A stretch of 64,000 nt of DNA from the NCBI GenBank assembly GCA_937925475.1, contig CALEWH010000022.1:5376-69375 (forward strand), written 5' to 3'. A program made the position numbers and the translations under genes. The notes beneath the pieces were generated by a model, which saw only the letters and a list, made by a program, of their open reading frames with translations, was not told the DNA's origin and did not search any database. Shown here piece after piece: positions 1 through 10,293 of this stretch. The DNA comes from an uncultured Clostridia bacterium. GTDB lineage: Bacteria; Bacillota; Clostridia; Christensenellales; UBA1242. The stretch's first letter is position 1. Each line of letters begins with the position of its first letter.

Positions 1-23
1 TTTCTTGTTTTTTCGTCCAACAT
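1..23 (-). CDS. Possible 5' end of an unidentified CDS running off the left edge (MLDEKTR...)
   Basis: ATG at 23-21 with AGGTG at 35-31 (7-nt spacer) and a TTGACA-17nt-TAAACT promoter just upstream. Only 7 codons are visible, so no product call. Confidence 0.3.
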
Positions 24-41
24 ATTATTTCACCTATAAAG

Positions 42-70
42 AGTTTACAATGCAAACACACTTTTGTCAA
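42..70 (-). promoter_or_regulatory. sigma-A-type promoter candidate for the edge gene
   Basis: Minus strand: TTGACA (70-65), 17-nt spacer, TAAACT (47-42). Confidence 0.4.
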
Positions 71-74
71 GGCA

Positions 75-104
75 CAAAAAAACACCGCGCAACACAACGC
101 GATG
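75..104 (-). terminator. Rho-independent terminator after the HicB-like gene
   Basis: Minus-strand RNA forms CAUCGCG / CGCGGUG (104-98 / 89-83; 7 bp including one G:U) with an 8-nt loop, followed by a U7 run (82-76). It starts directly after the TAA at 107-105. Confidence 0.7.
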
Positions 105-386
105 TTATAACAACGATTTATTTTTCTTATCTAGTTTTGCTTCGACCAAAATACAAAGATTTTTTGGATATTTCTTCATAAACTCGTCAAAGTCAGTAGG
201 CGGTGGAAGTTCGATCCCATATTTTAGGCTTGTTTCCACGTAAGAAGTCAACATACTTTGCATTACAGTATGTGCTTCTTCGACAGTGTCACCTTCGTTA
301 AACAATGACAAGTCATATATTGCAATAGAAAATCCGCCTATCTCATCATCAGGAAACAAAACGGCAGGATAAACATAGGACTTCAT
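105..386 (-). CDS. HicB-like (UPF0150-type) antitoxin-fold protein, 93 aa, no partner toxin seen
   Basis: ORF-track frame 105..551 trimmed to the ATG at 386 (MKSYVYPAVLFPDDEIGGFSIAIYDL...GDTVEEAH...GIELPPPT). That ATG has GGAG 5 nt upstream and lies downstream of a promoter (415-443) and of the preceding gene's terminator. The Y-P-A..F....GG[FY].[IV]...DL...GDT.EEA...G..[LI]P.P pattern is typical of the HicB N-terminal fold. There is no C-terminal DNA-binding domain. Confidence 0.7.
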   Translation of the reverse strand: MKSYVYPAVLFPDDEIGGFSIAIYDLSLFNEGDTVEEAHTVMQSMLTSYVETSLKYGIELPPPTDFDEFMKKYPKNLCILVEAKLDKKNKSLL

Positions 387-414
387 ACACTCTCCATTCC
401 CCATTATTTGTAAT

Positions 415-443
415 AGTTTAGCATAAAAAAAACGCCTTGTAAA
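415..443 (-). promoter_or_regulatory. sigma-A-type promoter for the HicB-like gene
   Basis: Minus strand: TTTACA (443-438), 17-nt spacer, TGc-TAAACT extended -10 (420-415). Confidence 0.5.
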
Positions 444-482
444 ATCAATATGACACAAAAAAATCAAGTTTTTGCTCACAAA

Positions 483-510
483 AACAAAAAAATAAGGCGT
501 TTGCCTTATT
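483..510 (-). terminator. Rho-independent terminator after the 294-aa gene
   Basis: Perfect 8-bp stem AATAAGGC/GCCTTATT (491-498 / 503-510) with a 4-nt loop. An A-run lies on one side and a T-run on the other. It sits 10 nt beyond the stop at 520. Confidence 0.7.
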
Positions 511-519
511 TTTAAAATG

Positions 520-1404
520 TTATTTCGAATCCTTTCCGTCGTTTTTATCATCTACTCTTGGAACTTTGAATGTTGGTACATTTCTAATAAAACCTGGATC
601 AACTTTCTTTCCACTAGGTAAATCTTGACCTTTGTTGAAGTAAGGATCTTTTACACTAGGTAAATCTCTGCCAACATCAAAATTAGGATCAATATCATTC
701 ACCTTTCTTTTATTGGCTTTTTTGCTATTATATTCATCGACTTTATACTTTTTGTAAGCTTCCAATGCTTTCATCATTGCCTCTTCTTCAGATTTTGCCC
801 TACACATTCTTGGAACCCCATTTAAGTCTATTGCCCACATTCCTTCAATACCACTTTTCTTCACTGTAGGACGTCCTTCTACACGATGATTAAATATATT
901 TTCAACATCCATATTTTTATCAACCAAAGCAGTTTTGATTTGATCAAGTATTCTATAACATACACTATTTGTATTTTTAATGGTATTCATTTTAGCAACA
1001 CTTTTAGTTACTTTCTCGATATCAAAATCCGGACAATACTCTCTCAAATTTTTAGCAAGTAATCTAGGGTTATCTTTATTAAATACAGCAATCGAATAAG
1101 CTCTTCCAGTAAAATTTGCACTCATAGTACCAGAAAGATTGCTGTAGTACTCTTTTATATCTTCCATTAATACTTCAAATTGATTTTTTTGAGTACCAGT
1201 TCTTCTTGCATCACACGACAAAAGAACCACAGGATGTTTTTTTGATGCAACATTAACCAATGCAAATTGAGCATTTTCTTCATCAACATTCACTAATTCA
1301 TAACCCATAGTAAGATATGCTGATACAAGGTATGTCACATTAAGTTGACGCTCTGTTAATGATAATATTTTTTCCAAACTTTCTAAATATTTATCTTGTG
1401 CCAT
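520..1404 (-). CDS. Hypothetical protein, 294 aa, with a C-terminal short-repeat tail
   Basis: Long ORF with AAGGAGG 9 nt upstream of the ATG and its own promoter. I recognise no family. The last ~60 aa carry three copies of a DP.F..G.DLPS.K-like motif (IDPNFDVGRDLPSVK / DPYFNKGQDLPSGKK / VDPGFIRNVPTFK). Confidence 0.7.
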   Translation of the reverse strand: MAQDKYLESLEKILSLTERQLNVTYLVSAYLTMGYELVNVDEENAQFALVNVASKKHPVVLLSCDARRTGTQKNQFEVLMEDIKEYYSNLSGTMSANFTGRAYSIAVFNKDNPRLLAKNLREYCPDFDIEKVTKSVAKMNTIKNTNSVCYRILDQIKTALVDKNMDVENIFNHRVEGRPTVKKSGIEGMWAIDLNGVPRMCRAKSEEEAMMKALEAYKKYKVDEYNSKKANKRKVNDIDPNFDVGRDLPSVKDPYFNKGQDLPSGKKVDPGFIRNVPTFKVPRVDDKNDGKDSK

Positions 1405-1433
1405 TTATAAGGTCCTCCTTATTTGGTTGGTAT

Positions 1434-1462
1434 ATTATACCATATAGTGTAAGTAATGTAAA
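1434..1462 (-). promoter_or_regulatory. sigma-A-type promoter for the 294-aa gene
   Basis: Minus strand: TTTACA (1462-1457), 17-nt spacer, TGg-TATAAT extended -10 (1439-1434). Confidence 0.6.
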
Positions 1463-1489
1463 TACTTTATTTTTTATCAAAGTGAAAGG

Positions 1490-2269
1490 TTATCTTTCTC
1501 TCAAATTGTCGTTTGCTTTTGTGTCTTTTGATTTGGTTTTAACCGAAACTTTTTTTGCAGCTTCGCCACTAAGTTTTCTTTCTTTTCTAAGTTGTTTGCG
1601 CCACTTTGGAGTACGCCAAAACTTCATACTATCATTTTCGTCATACAACTCCGAATCAACATAAATACCTTTATCAGCATTTTTGAATATAGAGTTGTAC
1701 ATTAATTGTTCACCCATCATATTCATAGACGAGTACACTGTGCATATAAGATTTTTGTAAGGGCTCTCAGTCACATATGTAGGCTTGCCATTTTTTAAAA
1801 TGAAATATGGACTTTCCAAATGTTCGATTACGCCAATGCTAGTTTCTTTTTCTTTCAACTTTTTAGCCACATAATCAGGGTGATTGTATTTTATAAAGTT
1901 TTTCATTGATTTCAAATTGAATAGCCCGCTATAACTTATTTGTCCTTCTTTACGACCTACTAACAAGTTCCAGATTGTACGATAATCTCTATTGTCATAT
2001 AGATTTGAAAATCTCTCTTTATAGTCTTCAAAAGTCGATTTGTTGACTGACTCTTTTATCTTATTCATCATCTCAGTTTTAAACAATGCGCTTGCTTGCT
2101 CATCAATATCTTCTTCTGTGGAAAAAGCATACATCATTTCGATATCATCATATTCGCCTTTGTTTAGTTTTGCTGTGATTACTCCTTCGTCTAGGTACGC
2201 AACTCTATATCCTAGCGCCATATCCATAAGTAATCTAAATTCGCCATAATTAAGTTTGTTTTCGCTCAT
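1490..2269 (-). CDS. Hypothetical protein, 259 aa
   Basis: ORF-track frame 1490..2332 trimmed to the ATG at 2269 (MSENKLNYGEF...), which has GGGGTG 4 nt upstream. The longer start at 2332 would lie upstream of the promoter found at 2297-2325. I recognise no family. The C-terminus is Lys/Arg-rich. Confidence 0.65.
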   Translation of the reverse strand: MSENKLNYGEFRLLMDMALGYRVAYLDEGVITAKLNKGEYDDIEMMYAFSTEEDIDEQASALFKTEMMNKIKESVNKSTFEDYKERFSNLYDNRDYRTIWNLLVGRKEGQISYSGLFNLKSMKNFIKYNHPDYVAKKLKEKETSIGVIEHLESPYFILKNGKPTYVTESPYKNLICTVYSSMNMMGEQLMYNSIFKNADKGIYVDSELYDENDSMKFWRTPKWRKQLRKERKLSGEAAKKVSVKTKSKDTKANDNLRER

Positions 2270-2296
2270 ATCGCACCCCTTTATTTTTTCTAATTT

Positions 2297-2325
2297 ATTA
2301 TACAACAACTTTGACTTTTTGTAAA
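2297..2325 (-). promoter_or_regulatory. sigma-A-type promoter for the 259-aa gene
   Basis: Minus strand: TTTACA (2325-2320), 17-nt spacer, TATAAT (2302-2297). Confidence 0.6.
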
Positions 2326-2430
2326 TACCCAATTTTTATATTTTTTGGCTTTTTTAAAGGGTTTTTTGTAAATCAGTTATGAAATAATAACTATCTAAAA
2401 ATCACTAAAACAACTGTATCAAATGCAGAC

Positions 2431-2570
2431 ATATAGATAGTTGGATAGCCCGACAGACGCTTAGGTGTCGGATAGTAAAATAATAGGTTCGTGAGATAGT
2501 CGGATAGTCAGGTAGTCGGATATCGGTTCGTGAAATAGTCAGGTGGTTGGATAGTAAGGTAGTCTGATTA
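2431..2570. repeat. Degenerate 8-bp tandem array, plus-strand consensus about RGRTAGTC
   Basis: The clearest run reads GAGATAGTC GGATAGTC AGGTAGTC GGATATC GGTTCGTG AAATAGTC AGGTGGTT GGATAGTA AGGTAGTC. GGTTCGTGA[G/A]ATAGTC occurs twice, about 37 bp apart. More degenerate copies lie upstream (ATAGATAG TTGGATAG ...). The array sits between the rpoC terminator and the next promoter. Confidence 0.6.
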
Positions 2571-2580
2571 AAAAGAAAAG

Positions 2581-2610
2581 AGAAAGAAAAAAGATGGTCA
2601 CCCATCTTTT
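2581..2610 (-). terminator. Rho-independent terminator of rpoBC
   Basis: Perfect 9-bp stem AAAAGATGG/CCATCTTTT (2589-2597 / 2602-2610) with a 4-nt loop, followed on the minus strand by UUCUUUCU. It lies about 37 nt after the rpoC stop. Confidence 0.8.
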
Positions 2611-2646
2611 CTCTTTTGCTAATATTTATATACTCTCGGTAATGTT

Positions 2647-5600
2647 TTAGATTTCGTCAGTATTTTCTTCAAACAACTTAGCGGTTTCAGCATCCATATC
2701 AGCTTCTACTTTCATAGTTTCTTCGACGCTAACAGGAGTAACTGCCTTAATTGCTTGATAACCAGTACCAGCAGGAATTTGTTTACCAATCATAAGGTTT
2801 TCTTTAAGACCTACAAGATTGTCGACTTTTCCTTTGATAGCAGCGTCTGTCAATACTCTTGAAGTCTCTTGGAACGCAGCAGCGGCAAGGAAACTTGGGT
2901 TTGACAAAGCGGCCTTAGTGATACCTTGGACAAGACGCTTAGCAGTAGCAGGAACGCCACCTTCTTGCAAAACTCTCTCGTTTTCTTCTTCGTATTTGTA
3001 GTGGTCAACAATCTCACCCATTAACAAGTTTGTGCTACCACTATCTTCGATACGAACATTTCTAAGCATTTGTCTAATGATAATTTCTACGTGTTTTGTA
3101 TTTAGGTCAACACCTTGTGACGAGTATGTCGACAAAATCTCTTGAAGTAGGTAGTTTTGAACATCTCTAATACCACGAGTACGCAAGATATCGCTTGGGT
3201 AGATACTACCTTCGGTAAGCACTGATCCGGCTTCTACCATATCTCCATTCTTTACTTTAAGTTGGACACCATAAGGAATGATGTAGTGACCATCGCCTTC
3301 TGGGTTTTTAACAAATATTTCGTAGTATTTGCCACCGTCTTTGTTTTGGGCTTGAACTTCTTTAAGTTGAACCTTACCAGCAACTTCGGATACAGTCGCA
3401 ACACCCTTTGGACGACGGGCTTCAAATACTTCGGCAACACGAGGAAGACCTTGTGTAATATCGGCAGCATTGGCAACACCACCAGTGTGGAAGGTACGCA
3501 TTGTAAGCTGAGTACCTGGCTCACCTATCGCTTGTGCGGCGATGATACCTACGGCTTCACCAATAGGAACTATGCGGTTTTCGCTCATGTTTTTACCATA
3601 GCATTTTGCACAAATACCGTTTTTGCTACGGCAAGTAAGTGCTGTACGGATTTCGACAGTAGTGATTCCGGCTTTCTCGACAGCGTCTGCCATTTCAGCA
3701 GTAACCATTGTGTCAGCAGGAACAATAACTTTCTTTGTCTTAGGGTCAAGCACATCTTTTACAGTAAAACGACCTATAATGCGTTGTTTTAAGCTACATA
3801 CAGGTGTACCTTCTTTGACGATTGCACTTACAGCTAGACCTTTAACTTTCTCATTGTTGTTTTTAAAGCAGTCGTCTTCGGTGATGATTACTTCTTGGGC
3901 TACTGCTTCAAGTCTACGAGTAAGATAACCAGAGTCAGCTGTCTTCAATACCTTATCGGCAAGACCTTTACGGCCACCACGAGAAGAAATAAAGTATTCT
4001 AGTGGTGTAAGACCGGTACGGAAGTTACTCTTAACCGGAATATCAACTTTACGACCAGATGTATTACTCATAAGACCACGCATACCGCAAAGTTGGAGTA
4101 CTTGTCCGACATTACCACGCGCACCAGACTCAGCCATCATTCTAACTGGGTTTAGTGGATCCATTTGTTTTAATACTACGCCTTCAAGTTGTTTTGTAGC
4201 ATCTTTCCAAAGCTTGATATTACGATCTAGTTTTTCGTTTTCAGTGATAAATCCGCGTTTGTAATACTTCTCGTTTTCCAAAACTTGTGCTTCTGTGTCG
4301 GCTACAAGTTGTTTTTTAACTTCTGGAATCTTCATATCAAACACATTTATTGTGATAGCGCCGATTGTCGAGTACTTATAACCCATCTCTTTCACGTGGT
4401 CAAGCATTTTGACAGTTTCGGTTGTGCCAAGAGCATTAAAACATTGTTTGATGATGACATCAAGTTTTTTCTTGGTTACCAAGAAATCAATTTCATAGTC
4501 GCAAACTGTTTTTTCGTCAAGACGATCTACAAATCCCATATTTTGTGGAATATTGGAGTTGAAAATAATCTTACCAACAGTTGTGTTTACATTTTTAGTA
4601 ATAGTTTTGCCATCAAACTCAGCACTGCGTCTTACAGTGATTGGAGATTGTATTTCCACAACCCCAGCCTTGTAAGCCATTATTGCTTCGTCTTCGTCTT
4701 TAAAGTGTTTGCCAGCACCCTTACCAGTTTCTTTAACATAAGTCAAATAATAACTACCAAGTACCATATCTTGTGTTGGAGTACAAATTGGGTCGCCAGT
4801 AGCTGGTTTTAAGATATTGTTGGACGACAACATAAGTAGTCTTGCTTCGGCAATAGCCTCTGGGCTAAGCGGAACATGGACAGACATTTGGTCACCATCA
4901 AAGTCGGCGTTGAAGCCACCGCAAACAAGTGGGTGAAGTTTGATAGCGCGACCTTCAACAAGCACTGGTTCGAAGGCTTGGATAGAAAGTCTATGAAGAG
5001 AAGGCGCACGGTTTAGCATAACAGGGTGGTCTACAATGACCTCTTCTAGTATATCCCAAACCACTGGTTTTTGGCTTTCAATCATACGTTTTGCAGCTTT
5101 AAAGTTAAGCGAAATATTGCGCTCAACAAGTTTGTGCATAATAAATGGCTTAAATAGTTCGAGTGCCATCTCTTTTGGAAGTCCGCATTGATACATTTTA
5201 AGCTCTGGTCCTACGACGATAACCGAACGACCTGAGTAGTCAACACGCTTTCCTAGCAAGTTTTGTCTAAAACGACCTGGTTTGCCCTTCAAACTTGCAG
5301 TCAAACTTTTAAGTTCTCTTTGTTTTGGGCCTTGAACAGCTTTTCCGCGCTTGCCGTTTTCGATAAGCGCATCAACAGCTTCTTGCAACATACGCTTTTC
5401 GTTTCTTACAATAACTTCGGGAGCACCGATAGAAATAAACTTTTTAAGACGATTGTTGCGGTTTATGATACGACGATAAAGGTCGTTGATGTCAGATGTG
5501 GCAAAACGACCACCGTCAAGTTGGATCATTGGACGAGTGTCAGGTGGTGTAACTGGAATTACATCCATAACCATCCACTCAGGTTTGTTTCCGCTTCTAC

Positions 5601-6252
5601 GGAAACTTTCTAGTATTTCTAGTCTTTTTGTAAGTTTAACTTTCTTTTGACCTTTGTTTTTGTCACAAAGTTCTCTAAGTTCGGCACATTCTTTCTCTAC
5701 ATCAATTTCGGATAGTAGTTCCTTAATTGCTTCACCGCCCATACCTGCTTTAAAGCCTTGATCAGCGTATTTTTCCATCGCTTCACGATACTCGGCATCG
5801 GTGATGATTTGATATTTTTGTAGTCCCGAATTGGCTGGATTGATTACAACATAACTTACATAGTATACGACTTTTTCAAGTTGTTTTGCATTAAGATTGA
5901 TTAGGGTTCCGATACGGCTTGGAATAGATTGCATAAACCAAATGTGTGCAACCGGAGTCGCAAGTTCGATATGACCCATACGCTCACGCCTTACGCTCGA
6001 TTTAGTAACCTCTACTCCACATTTGTCGCATATTACGCCTTTGTGACGAATGCGTTTGTATTTTCCGCAGTGACACTCCCAGTTTTTCTTAGGTCCAAAT
6101 ATTCTTTCGCAAAGAAGACCGCCAATTTCTGGCTTGTGAGTACGATAGTTGATGGTTTCGGATTTAGTAACTTCACCATAACTCCACTCTCTTATCTTCT
6201 CGGGAGATGCAATTCCTAGTCTGATTGATGCTAAGTTATTTAATTCAAACAT
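2647..6252 (-). CDS. rpoC: DNA-directed RNA polymerase subunit beta'
   Basis: 1201-aa ORF with an N-terminal zinc motif (CHCGKY...CDKCGVEV) and the catalytic NADFDGDQM motif. GGGAGG precedes the ATG. The gene starts 14 nt after rpoB. Confidence 0.98.
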   Translation of the reverse strand: MFELNNLASIRLGIASPEKIREWSYGEVTKSETINYRTHKPEIGGLLCERIFGPKKNWECHCGKYKRIRHKGVICDKCGVEVTKSSVRRERMGHIELATPVAHIWFMQSIPSRIGTLINLNAKQLEKVVYYVSYVVINPANSGLQKYQIITDAEYREAMEKYADQGFKAGMGGEAIKELLSEIDVEKECAELRELCDKNKGQKKVKLTKRLEILESFRRSGNKPEWMVMDVIPVTPPDTRPMIQLDGGRFATSDINDLYRRIINRNNRLKKFISIGAPEVIVRNEKRMLQEAVDALIENGKRGKAVQGPKQRELKSLTASLKGKPGRFRQNLLGKRVDYSGRSVIVVGPELKMYQCGLPKEMALELFKPFIMHKLVERNISLNFKAAKRMIESQKPVVWDILEEVIVDHPVMLNRAPSLHRLSIQAFEPVLVEGRAIKLHPLVCGGFNADFDGDQMSVHVPLSPEAIAEARLLMLSSNNILKPATGDPICTPTQDMVLGSYYLTYVKETGKGAGKHFKDEDEAIMAYKAGVVEIQSPITVRRSAEFDGKTITKNVNTTVGKIIFNSNIPQNMGFVDRLDEKTVCDYEIDFLVTKKKLDVIIKQCFNALGTTETVKMLDHVKEMGYKYSTIGAITINVFDMKIPEVKKQLVADTEAQVLENEKYYKRGFITENEKLDRNIKLWKDATKQLEGVVLKQMDPLNPVRMMAESGARGNVGQVLQLCGMRGLMSNTSGRKVDIPVKSNFRTGLTPLEYFISSRGGRKGLADKVLKTADSGYLTRRLEAVAQEVIITEDDCFKNNNEKVKGLAVSAIVKEGTPVCSLKQRIIGRFTVKDVLDPKTKKVIVPADTMVTAEMADAVEKAGITTVEIRTALTCRSKNGICAKCYGKNMSENRIVPIGEAVGIIAAQAIGEPGTQLTMRTFHTGGVANAADITQGLPRVAEVFEARRPKGVATVSEVAGKVQLKEVQAQNKDGGKYYEIFVKNPEGDGHYIIPYGVQLKVKNGDMVEAGSVLTEGSIYPSDILRTRGIRDVQNYLLQEILSTYSSQGVDLNTKHVEIIIRQMLRNVRIEDSGSTNLLMGEIVDHYKYEEENERVLQEGGVPATAKRLVQGITKAALSNPSFLAAAAFQETSRVLTDAAIKGKVDNLVGLKENLMIGKQIPAGTGYQAIKAVTPVSVEETMKVEADMDAETAKLFEENTDEI

Positions 6253-6266
6253 ATTTTTTACCTCCC

Positions 6267-9200
6267 TTATTCTTCCCCGTTGTCGTCTGAGTCGTCAAAG
6301 TCATCAAACAACGACTCTTCGTCAAATATTCCGTCAAAGTCTTCATTGGACTCATAGTCTTGCTCAACATTTTTGTCGTCATCAAATTCAAGTGCCAAGT
6401 CATCGACTTTTTCTCTGCCCTTAGTTACATTGGCAAATGTTTCGACCATATCATTGTTAAGGTCGCTTAGATTAAACTCTTGGTTGTTTTTAGTAAGTAG
6501 TCTTACATCAAGTCCAAGACCTTGCAATTCTTTAATAAGTACCTTAAAGGACTCAGGAATTGAAGGTTGTGGTAGTTGAGTTCCTTCAACAATGGCTTTG
6601 TAAGTCGCAAGTCTTCCTTCGACATCATCGGATTTGACTGTCATCATCTCTTGCAACAACTTACTTGCACCATACGCTTCAAGTGCCCAAACTTCCATTT
6701 CACCAAATCTTTGACCACCAAACATTGCTTTACCACCAAGTGGTTGTTGGGTGACATATGCATAAGGACCTGTGCTACGAGCGTGCATTTTATCGTTGAC
6801 CATGTGTTCTAGTTTGATATAGTACATATATCCGACAGTAACAGGGTTTTCAAAAGGCTCGCCTGTACGACCATCATATAGTTGGATTTTACCATTCTCT
6901 GGGAATCCGTTTTGTTTTAACAATTCTTGAATATCGTTTTCTTTTACACCATCAAATACTGGGGTTGCTATTCGGATACCAAGCGCCTTAGCAACAAGTC
7001 CAAGGTGAACTTCAAGCACTTGTCCGACGTTCATACGGCTAGGAATACCAAGTGGATTTAGAACGATATCAATAGGTTGGCCATTAGCCATAAATGGCAT
7101 ATCGGCTTCTGGCAAAATGCGCGAAACAATACCTTTGTTTCCGTGACGACCTGCCATTTTGTCACCGACGCTAATTTTACGCTTTTGAGCGATAGTAACT
7201 TTAACCATTTGGTTTACGCCAGTTTCAAGTTCGTCTTTATTCTTTCTAGAAAATACTTGAACATCTACTACTACACCACTAATTCCGTGTGGAACTCTAA
7301 GTGATGTGTCTTTTACATCTCTTGCTTTCTCACCAAAAATGGCTCTAAGAAGGCGTTCTTCAGGAGTAGGCTCGGTCTCGCCCTTAGGAGTAACTTTACC
7401 TACCAAGATGTCGCCTGGCTTAACTTCTGCACCGATACGAATAATACCATTTGCATCCAAGTTTTTAAGAACATCTTCGCCAAGATTTGGGATATCACGA
7501 GTAAACTCTTCGTCACCAAGTTTTGTGCTACGACATTTTACTTCTTCTTCTTTAAGCGAAATAGATGTGTATACATCTTCTTTTACAAGTCTTTCACTAA
7601 TAAGTACGGCGTCCTCGTAGTTGTAACCTTCCCAGTTCATAAATGCGATTAGCATATTTTTACCAAGAGCAAGTTCGCCACCAGATGTGCTATATCCGTC
7701 CGCTAGGGTCTCGCCTTTCTTAACTTTTTGTCCGGCTTTAACGATAGTTTTTTGGTTTACACAGCTATCTTGGTTTGTCTTTTTAAACTTAATAAGTTCG
7801 TACTCATCTACTGTTCCATCGTCAGTAACAACTTCGATTCTGTCAGCATCAGCAAATTTTACTGTACCAGCATTTTTAGCGCATATGATTGCACCGTTGT
7901 CTTTTGCTATACGATACTCAACCCCTGTACCTACAAGGCTTGGTTCGGTTGTGATTAGAGGCACTGCTTGGCGTTGCATGTTTGCACCCATTAGCGCACG
8001 CGCTGTATCGTCGTTTTCTAGGAATGGGATAAGTGATGTAGGAACAGAAATAAGTTGACCTGGGGCTACATCCATATAGTCTACCATATCCTTAGATACT
8101 TCAACGATTGTGTCCATATAACGACAAGTGATACGGTCGTTTTTAAAACTTCCGTCGGCATTTAGTGGCTCAGTGGCTTGTGCAATATAACAATTTTCGT
8201 CTTCGTCAGCCATCAAGTATACTACATCAGTAGTAACAATGCCTTTTTCTTTATTGATTACACGATATGCGGTTTCGATAAATCCATATTCGTCGATTCG
8301 AGCATAACCCGAAAGCGAGTTGATAAGACCGATGTTGCCACCTTCTGGTGTTTCGATAACGCAGATACGGCCATAGTGACTGTGGTGAATATCTCTGACC
8401 TCGTCAGTTGCGCGGTCTTTCTTGATTCCGCCTGGACCTACCGCACTCAAACGACGCTTTTGAGCAAGCGACGAAAGCGGGTTCATTTCGTCCATAAGTT
8501 GTGATAGTTGGTGACCTGCCAAAAAGTCCTTAAATGCGCGGTTTACTGGGCGTGCATTAACTACTTGCGCAGGTGTAATTTCGTTTAGATCATGTGATTG
8601 AAGTGTTTCTTTGACAGCATTTGAAAGTTTTGAAAGTCCGCTTCTAAATGCGTCTTGCAACAACTCACCTGCTCCTTTGATACGACGATTGCATAGGTGG
8701 TCGACATTGTCTACATATCCGATGCCAGCGTTCAAGTCCAAGAAATATGATACTGTCGCCAAAATATCATCAATAGTAAGAGTGCTTCCTACTAGATTGT
8801 CAACATTGTTTTTGATTGCTTCAATGCGTTCTTCTTTTGTCTTGTACTCTTTAAGGATTTCAGCAAGAACTGGATAGTATACACTGTGATTGATGCCAAG
8901 TTCTTTTTCGTTGCATTTGATAACTTCGCTAAGCACTACACGATTGTTTCCGTACATTTTGTGTTTTTTGCCGTTTACATCGTATACCCAAACCTCATTG
9001 ATTCCGTTTGATTGGATTTCAAGAGCTTTTTCTTTGCTAATGACCTCGCCTTCTTTTACAAGAACGGTCTTTTTATTAATTATATCTTCGGCAGCAGTAA
9101 GACCAACTAGACGATTGTAAAATCCTAGTTTTTTGTCAATCTTGTATCTACCTACATCGCCCAAATTGTAGTATTGGGTCGAGAAAAATTGAGAGAATAT

Positions 9201-9977
9201 AAATTGTTTTGTTGCCTCAGCATTAGGAATTTCGCTTGGACGAGTCTTACGGCTAAGTTCCATCAAAGCGTCGTGTTGGGTCTCAAAACCATCGTGGTCA
9301 AGAGTGGCTTTCATAATTTCGTTGTCGCCAAGAGCAGACAAAATTTGCTCGCGTGTAAGTCCAAAACACTTTAAGAAGATACCAAGAGAAATCTTGCCAC
9401 CTTTATCTAGTGCAACACGCAAAAAGTTTGGGTCCTTTTCTTTTTGTTCGATTTCAAGCCAGCTACCACGTTTTGGGCTTAGAGTCGACGAGAAAAGTTC
9501 GCGACCGGTTTTGTCGATTGTTTTACTATAATATACACTTGGGCTCTTTACGATTTGAGATACTACTACACGCTCAATTCCGTTAAAGATAAATGTACCC
9601 TCTTCTGTCATGTATGGTACATCACCCAAAAATACTTCACTTTCTATTACTTCGCCAGTTTCCTTGATTACAAGTCTAACCTTACATTTTAATGCAATAG
9701 TGTAGTTTGCACCTTTGCGTTTGGTTTCGGCTTTGCTAAGCTTTGGGCGTTCTTCCAAAGTGTAGTCAAGAAAATGTACTTCGGCTTTACCAGCATAATC
9801 TGTGATTGGTGAAAACTCCGCTAGTGCTTCGCCTATGCCCTCCTTCAAAAACTTATAGTACGAATCTTTTTGTACTTCAAGCATATATGGAATTTCGAGT
9901 ACTTCTTTAGTCTTGCTAAAATTGTATCTTACATTGTTTCCATATTTTACTTTCTTAACGGTTTGCATATCAAGCAT
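6267..9977 (-). CDS. rpoB: DNA-directed RNA polymerase subunit beta
   Basis: 1236-aa ORF containing a Rif-cluster-like block ([28 protein letters not shown]), [14 protein letters not shown] and an acidic C-terminal tail. AAGGAG lies 9 nt upstream of the ATG at 9977. Confidence 0.98.
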   Translation of the reverse strand: MLDMQTVKKVKYGNNVRYNFSKTKEVLEIPYMLEVQKDSYYKFLKEGIGEALAEFSPITDYAGKAEVHFLDYTLEERPKLSKAETKRKGANYTIALKCKVRLVIKETGEVIESEVFLGDVPYMTEEGTFIFNGIERVVVSQIVKSPSVYYSKTIDKTGRELFSSTLSPKRGSWLEIEQKEKDPNFLRVALDKGGKISLGIFLKCFGLTREQILSALGDNEIMKATLDHDGFETQHDALMELSRKTRPSEIPNAEATKQFIFSQFFSTQYYNLGDVGRYKIDKKLGFYNRLVGLTAAEDIINKKTVLVKEGEVISKEKALEIQSNGINEVWVYDVNGKKHKMYGNNRVVLSEVIKCNEKELGINHSVYYPVLAEILKEYKTKEERIEAIKNNVDNLVGSTLTIDDILATVSYFLDLNAGIGYVDNVDHLCNRRIKGAGELLQDAFRSGLSKLSNAVKETLQSHDLNEITPAQVVNARPVNRAFKDFLAGHQLSQLMDEMNPLSSLAQKRRLSAVGPGGIKKDRATDEVRDIHHSHYGRICVIETPEGGNIGLINSLSGYARIDEYGFIETAYRVINKEKGIVTTDVVYLMADEDENCYIAQATEPLNADGSFKNDRITCRYMDTIVEVSKDMVDYMDVAPGQLISVPTSLIPFLENDDTARALMGANMQRQAVPLITTEPSLVGTGVEYRIAKDNGAIICAKNAGTVKFADADRIEVVTDDGTVDEYELIKFKKTNQDSCVNQKTIVKAGQKVKKGETLADGYSTSGGELALGKNMLIAFMNWEGYNYEDAVLISERLVKEDVYTSISLKEEEVKCRSTKLGDEEFTRDIPNLGEDVLKNLDANGIIRIGAEVKPGDILVGKVTPKGETEPTPEERLLRAIFGEKARDVKDTSLRVPHGISGVVVDVQVFSRKNKDELETGVNQMVKVTIAQKRKISVGDKMAGRHGNKGIVSRILPEADMPFMANGQPIDIVLNPLGIPSRMNVGQVLEVHLGLVAKALGIRIATPVFDGVKENDIQELLKQNGFPENGKIQLYDGRTGEPFENPVTVGYMYYIKLEHMVNDKMHARSTGPYAYVTQQPLGGKAMFGGQRFGEMEVWALEAYGASKLLQEMMTVKSDDVEGRLATYKAIVEGTQLPQPSIPESFKVLIKELQGLGLDVRLLTKNNQEFNLSDLNNDMVETFANVTKGREKVDDLALEFDDDKNVEQDYESNEDFDGIFDEESLFDDFDDSDDNGEE

Positions 9978-10147
9978 TTCGTCTTTCTCCTTAAAATAAT
10001 TTTACCTGTAAGCCTAAGAGTGCCAAAAAATCCCCTTACCACCCAATTTTTCGTTATTTTGGGTTGTAACAGAGATTTTTTCATTAAATTTTATAAATTA
10101 AAATATAAACATTTAGACACACTTCTAAATAATACTATGCGACTACG

Positions 10148-10176
10148 AGTATACCATACTAAAAACTACCTGTCAA
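10148..10176 (-). promoter_or_regulatory. Near-consensus sigma-A promoter of rpoBC
   Basis: Minus strand: TTGACA (10176-10171), 17-nt spacer, TGg-TATACT extended -10 (10153-10148). This predicts a leader of about 165 nt. Confidence 0.65.
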
Positions 10177-10293
10177 CACATAATTGGCCCCAACTCAAAT
10201 ATTTTTCAAATAAGTTGTTGTATCTTCCCACCCCTATCCCGCTTCTATATTCCATCTCACAAACATTATTTACGATCAACATCTCATTTTACC

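Noticed and set aside
387-519. A hicA toxin gene partnering the HicB-like ORF
   Set aside because: The gap upstream is fully occupied by a terminator and a promoter. No 50-80-aa ORF with a start signal lies on either side.
2431-2570. TRAP-like (G/U)AG triplet RNA-binding site
   Set aside because: The TAG/GAG triplets are spaced by about 5 nt (8-nt period), not the 2-3 nt required. The region is probably not in a 5' leader.
2405-2605. 66-aa minus-strand ORF between rpoC and the next gene
   Set aside because: Its start codon lies inside the rpoC terminator hairpin, and its body is simply the translation of the octamer repeat array. I treat the region as a non-coding repeat.
3262-9531. Many plus-strand ORFs of 60-176 aa inside rpoC/rpoB (e.g. 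3262..3792, 4285..4812, 7687..8058)
   Set aside because: They are antisense shadow ORFs within unambiguous, conserved rpoB/rpoC frames. They have no SD, and their translations are low-complexity and Phe/Ser/Leu-rich.
10020-10075. Hairpin ACCCAA-N12-TTGGGT in the rpoB leader as a transcription attenuator
   Set aside because: The stem is only 6 bp. The U6 run lies about 12 nt downstream rather than adjacent, so it is not a convincing intrinsic terminator.
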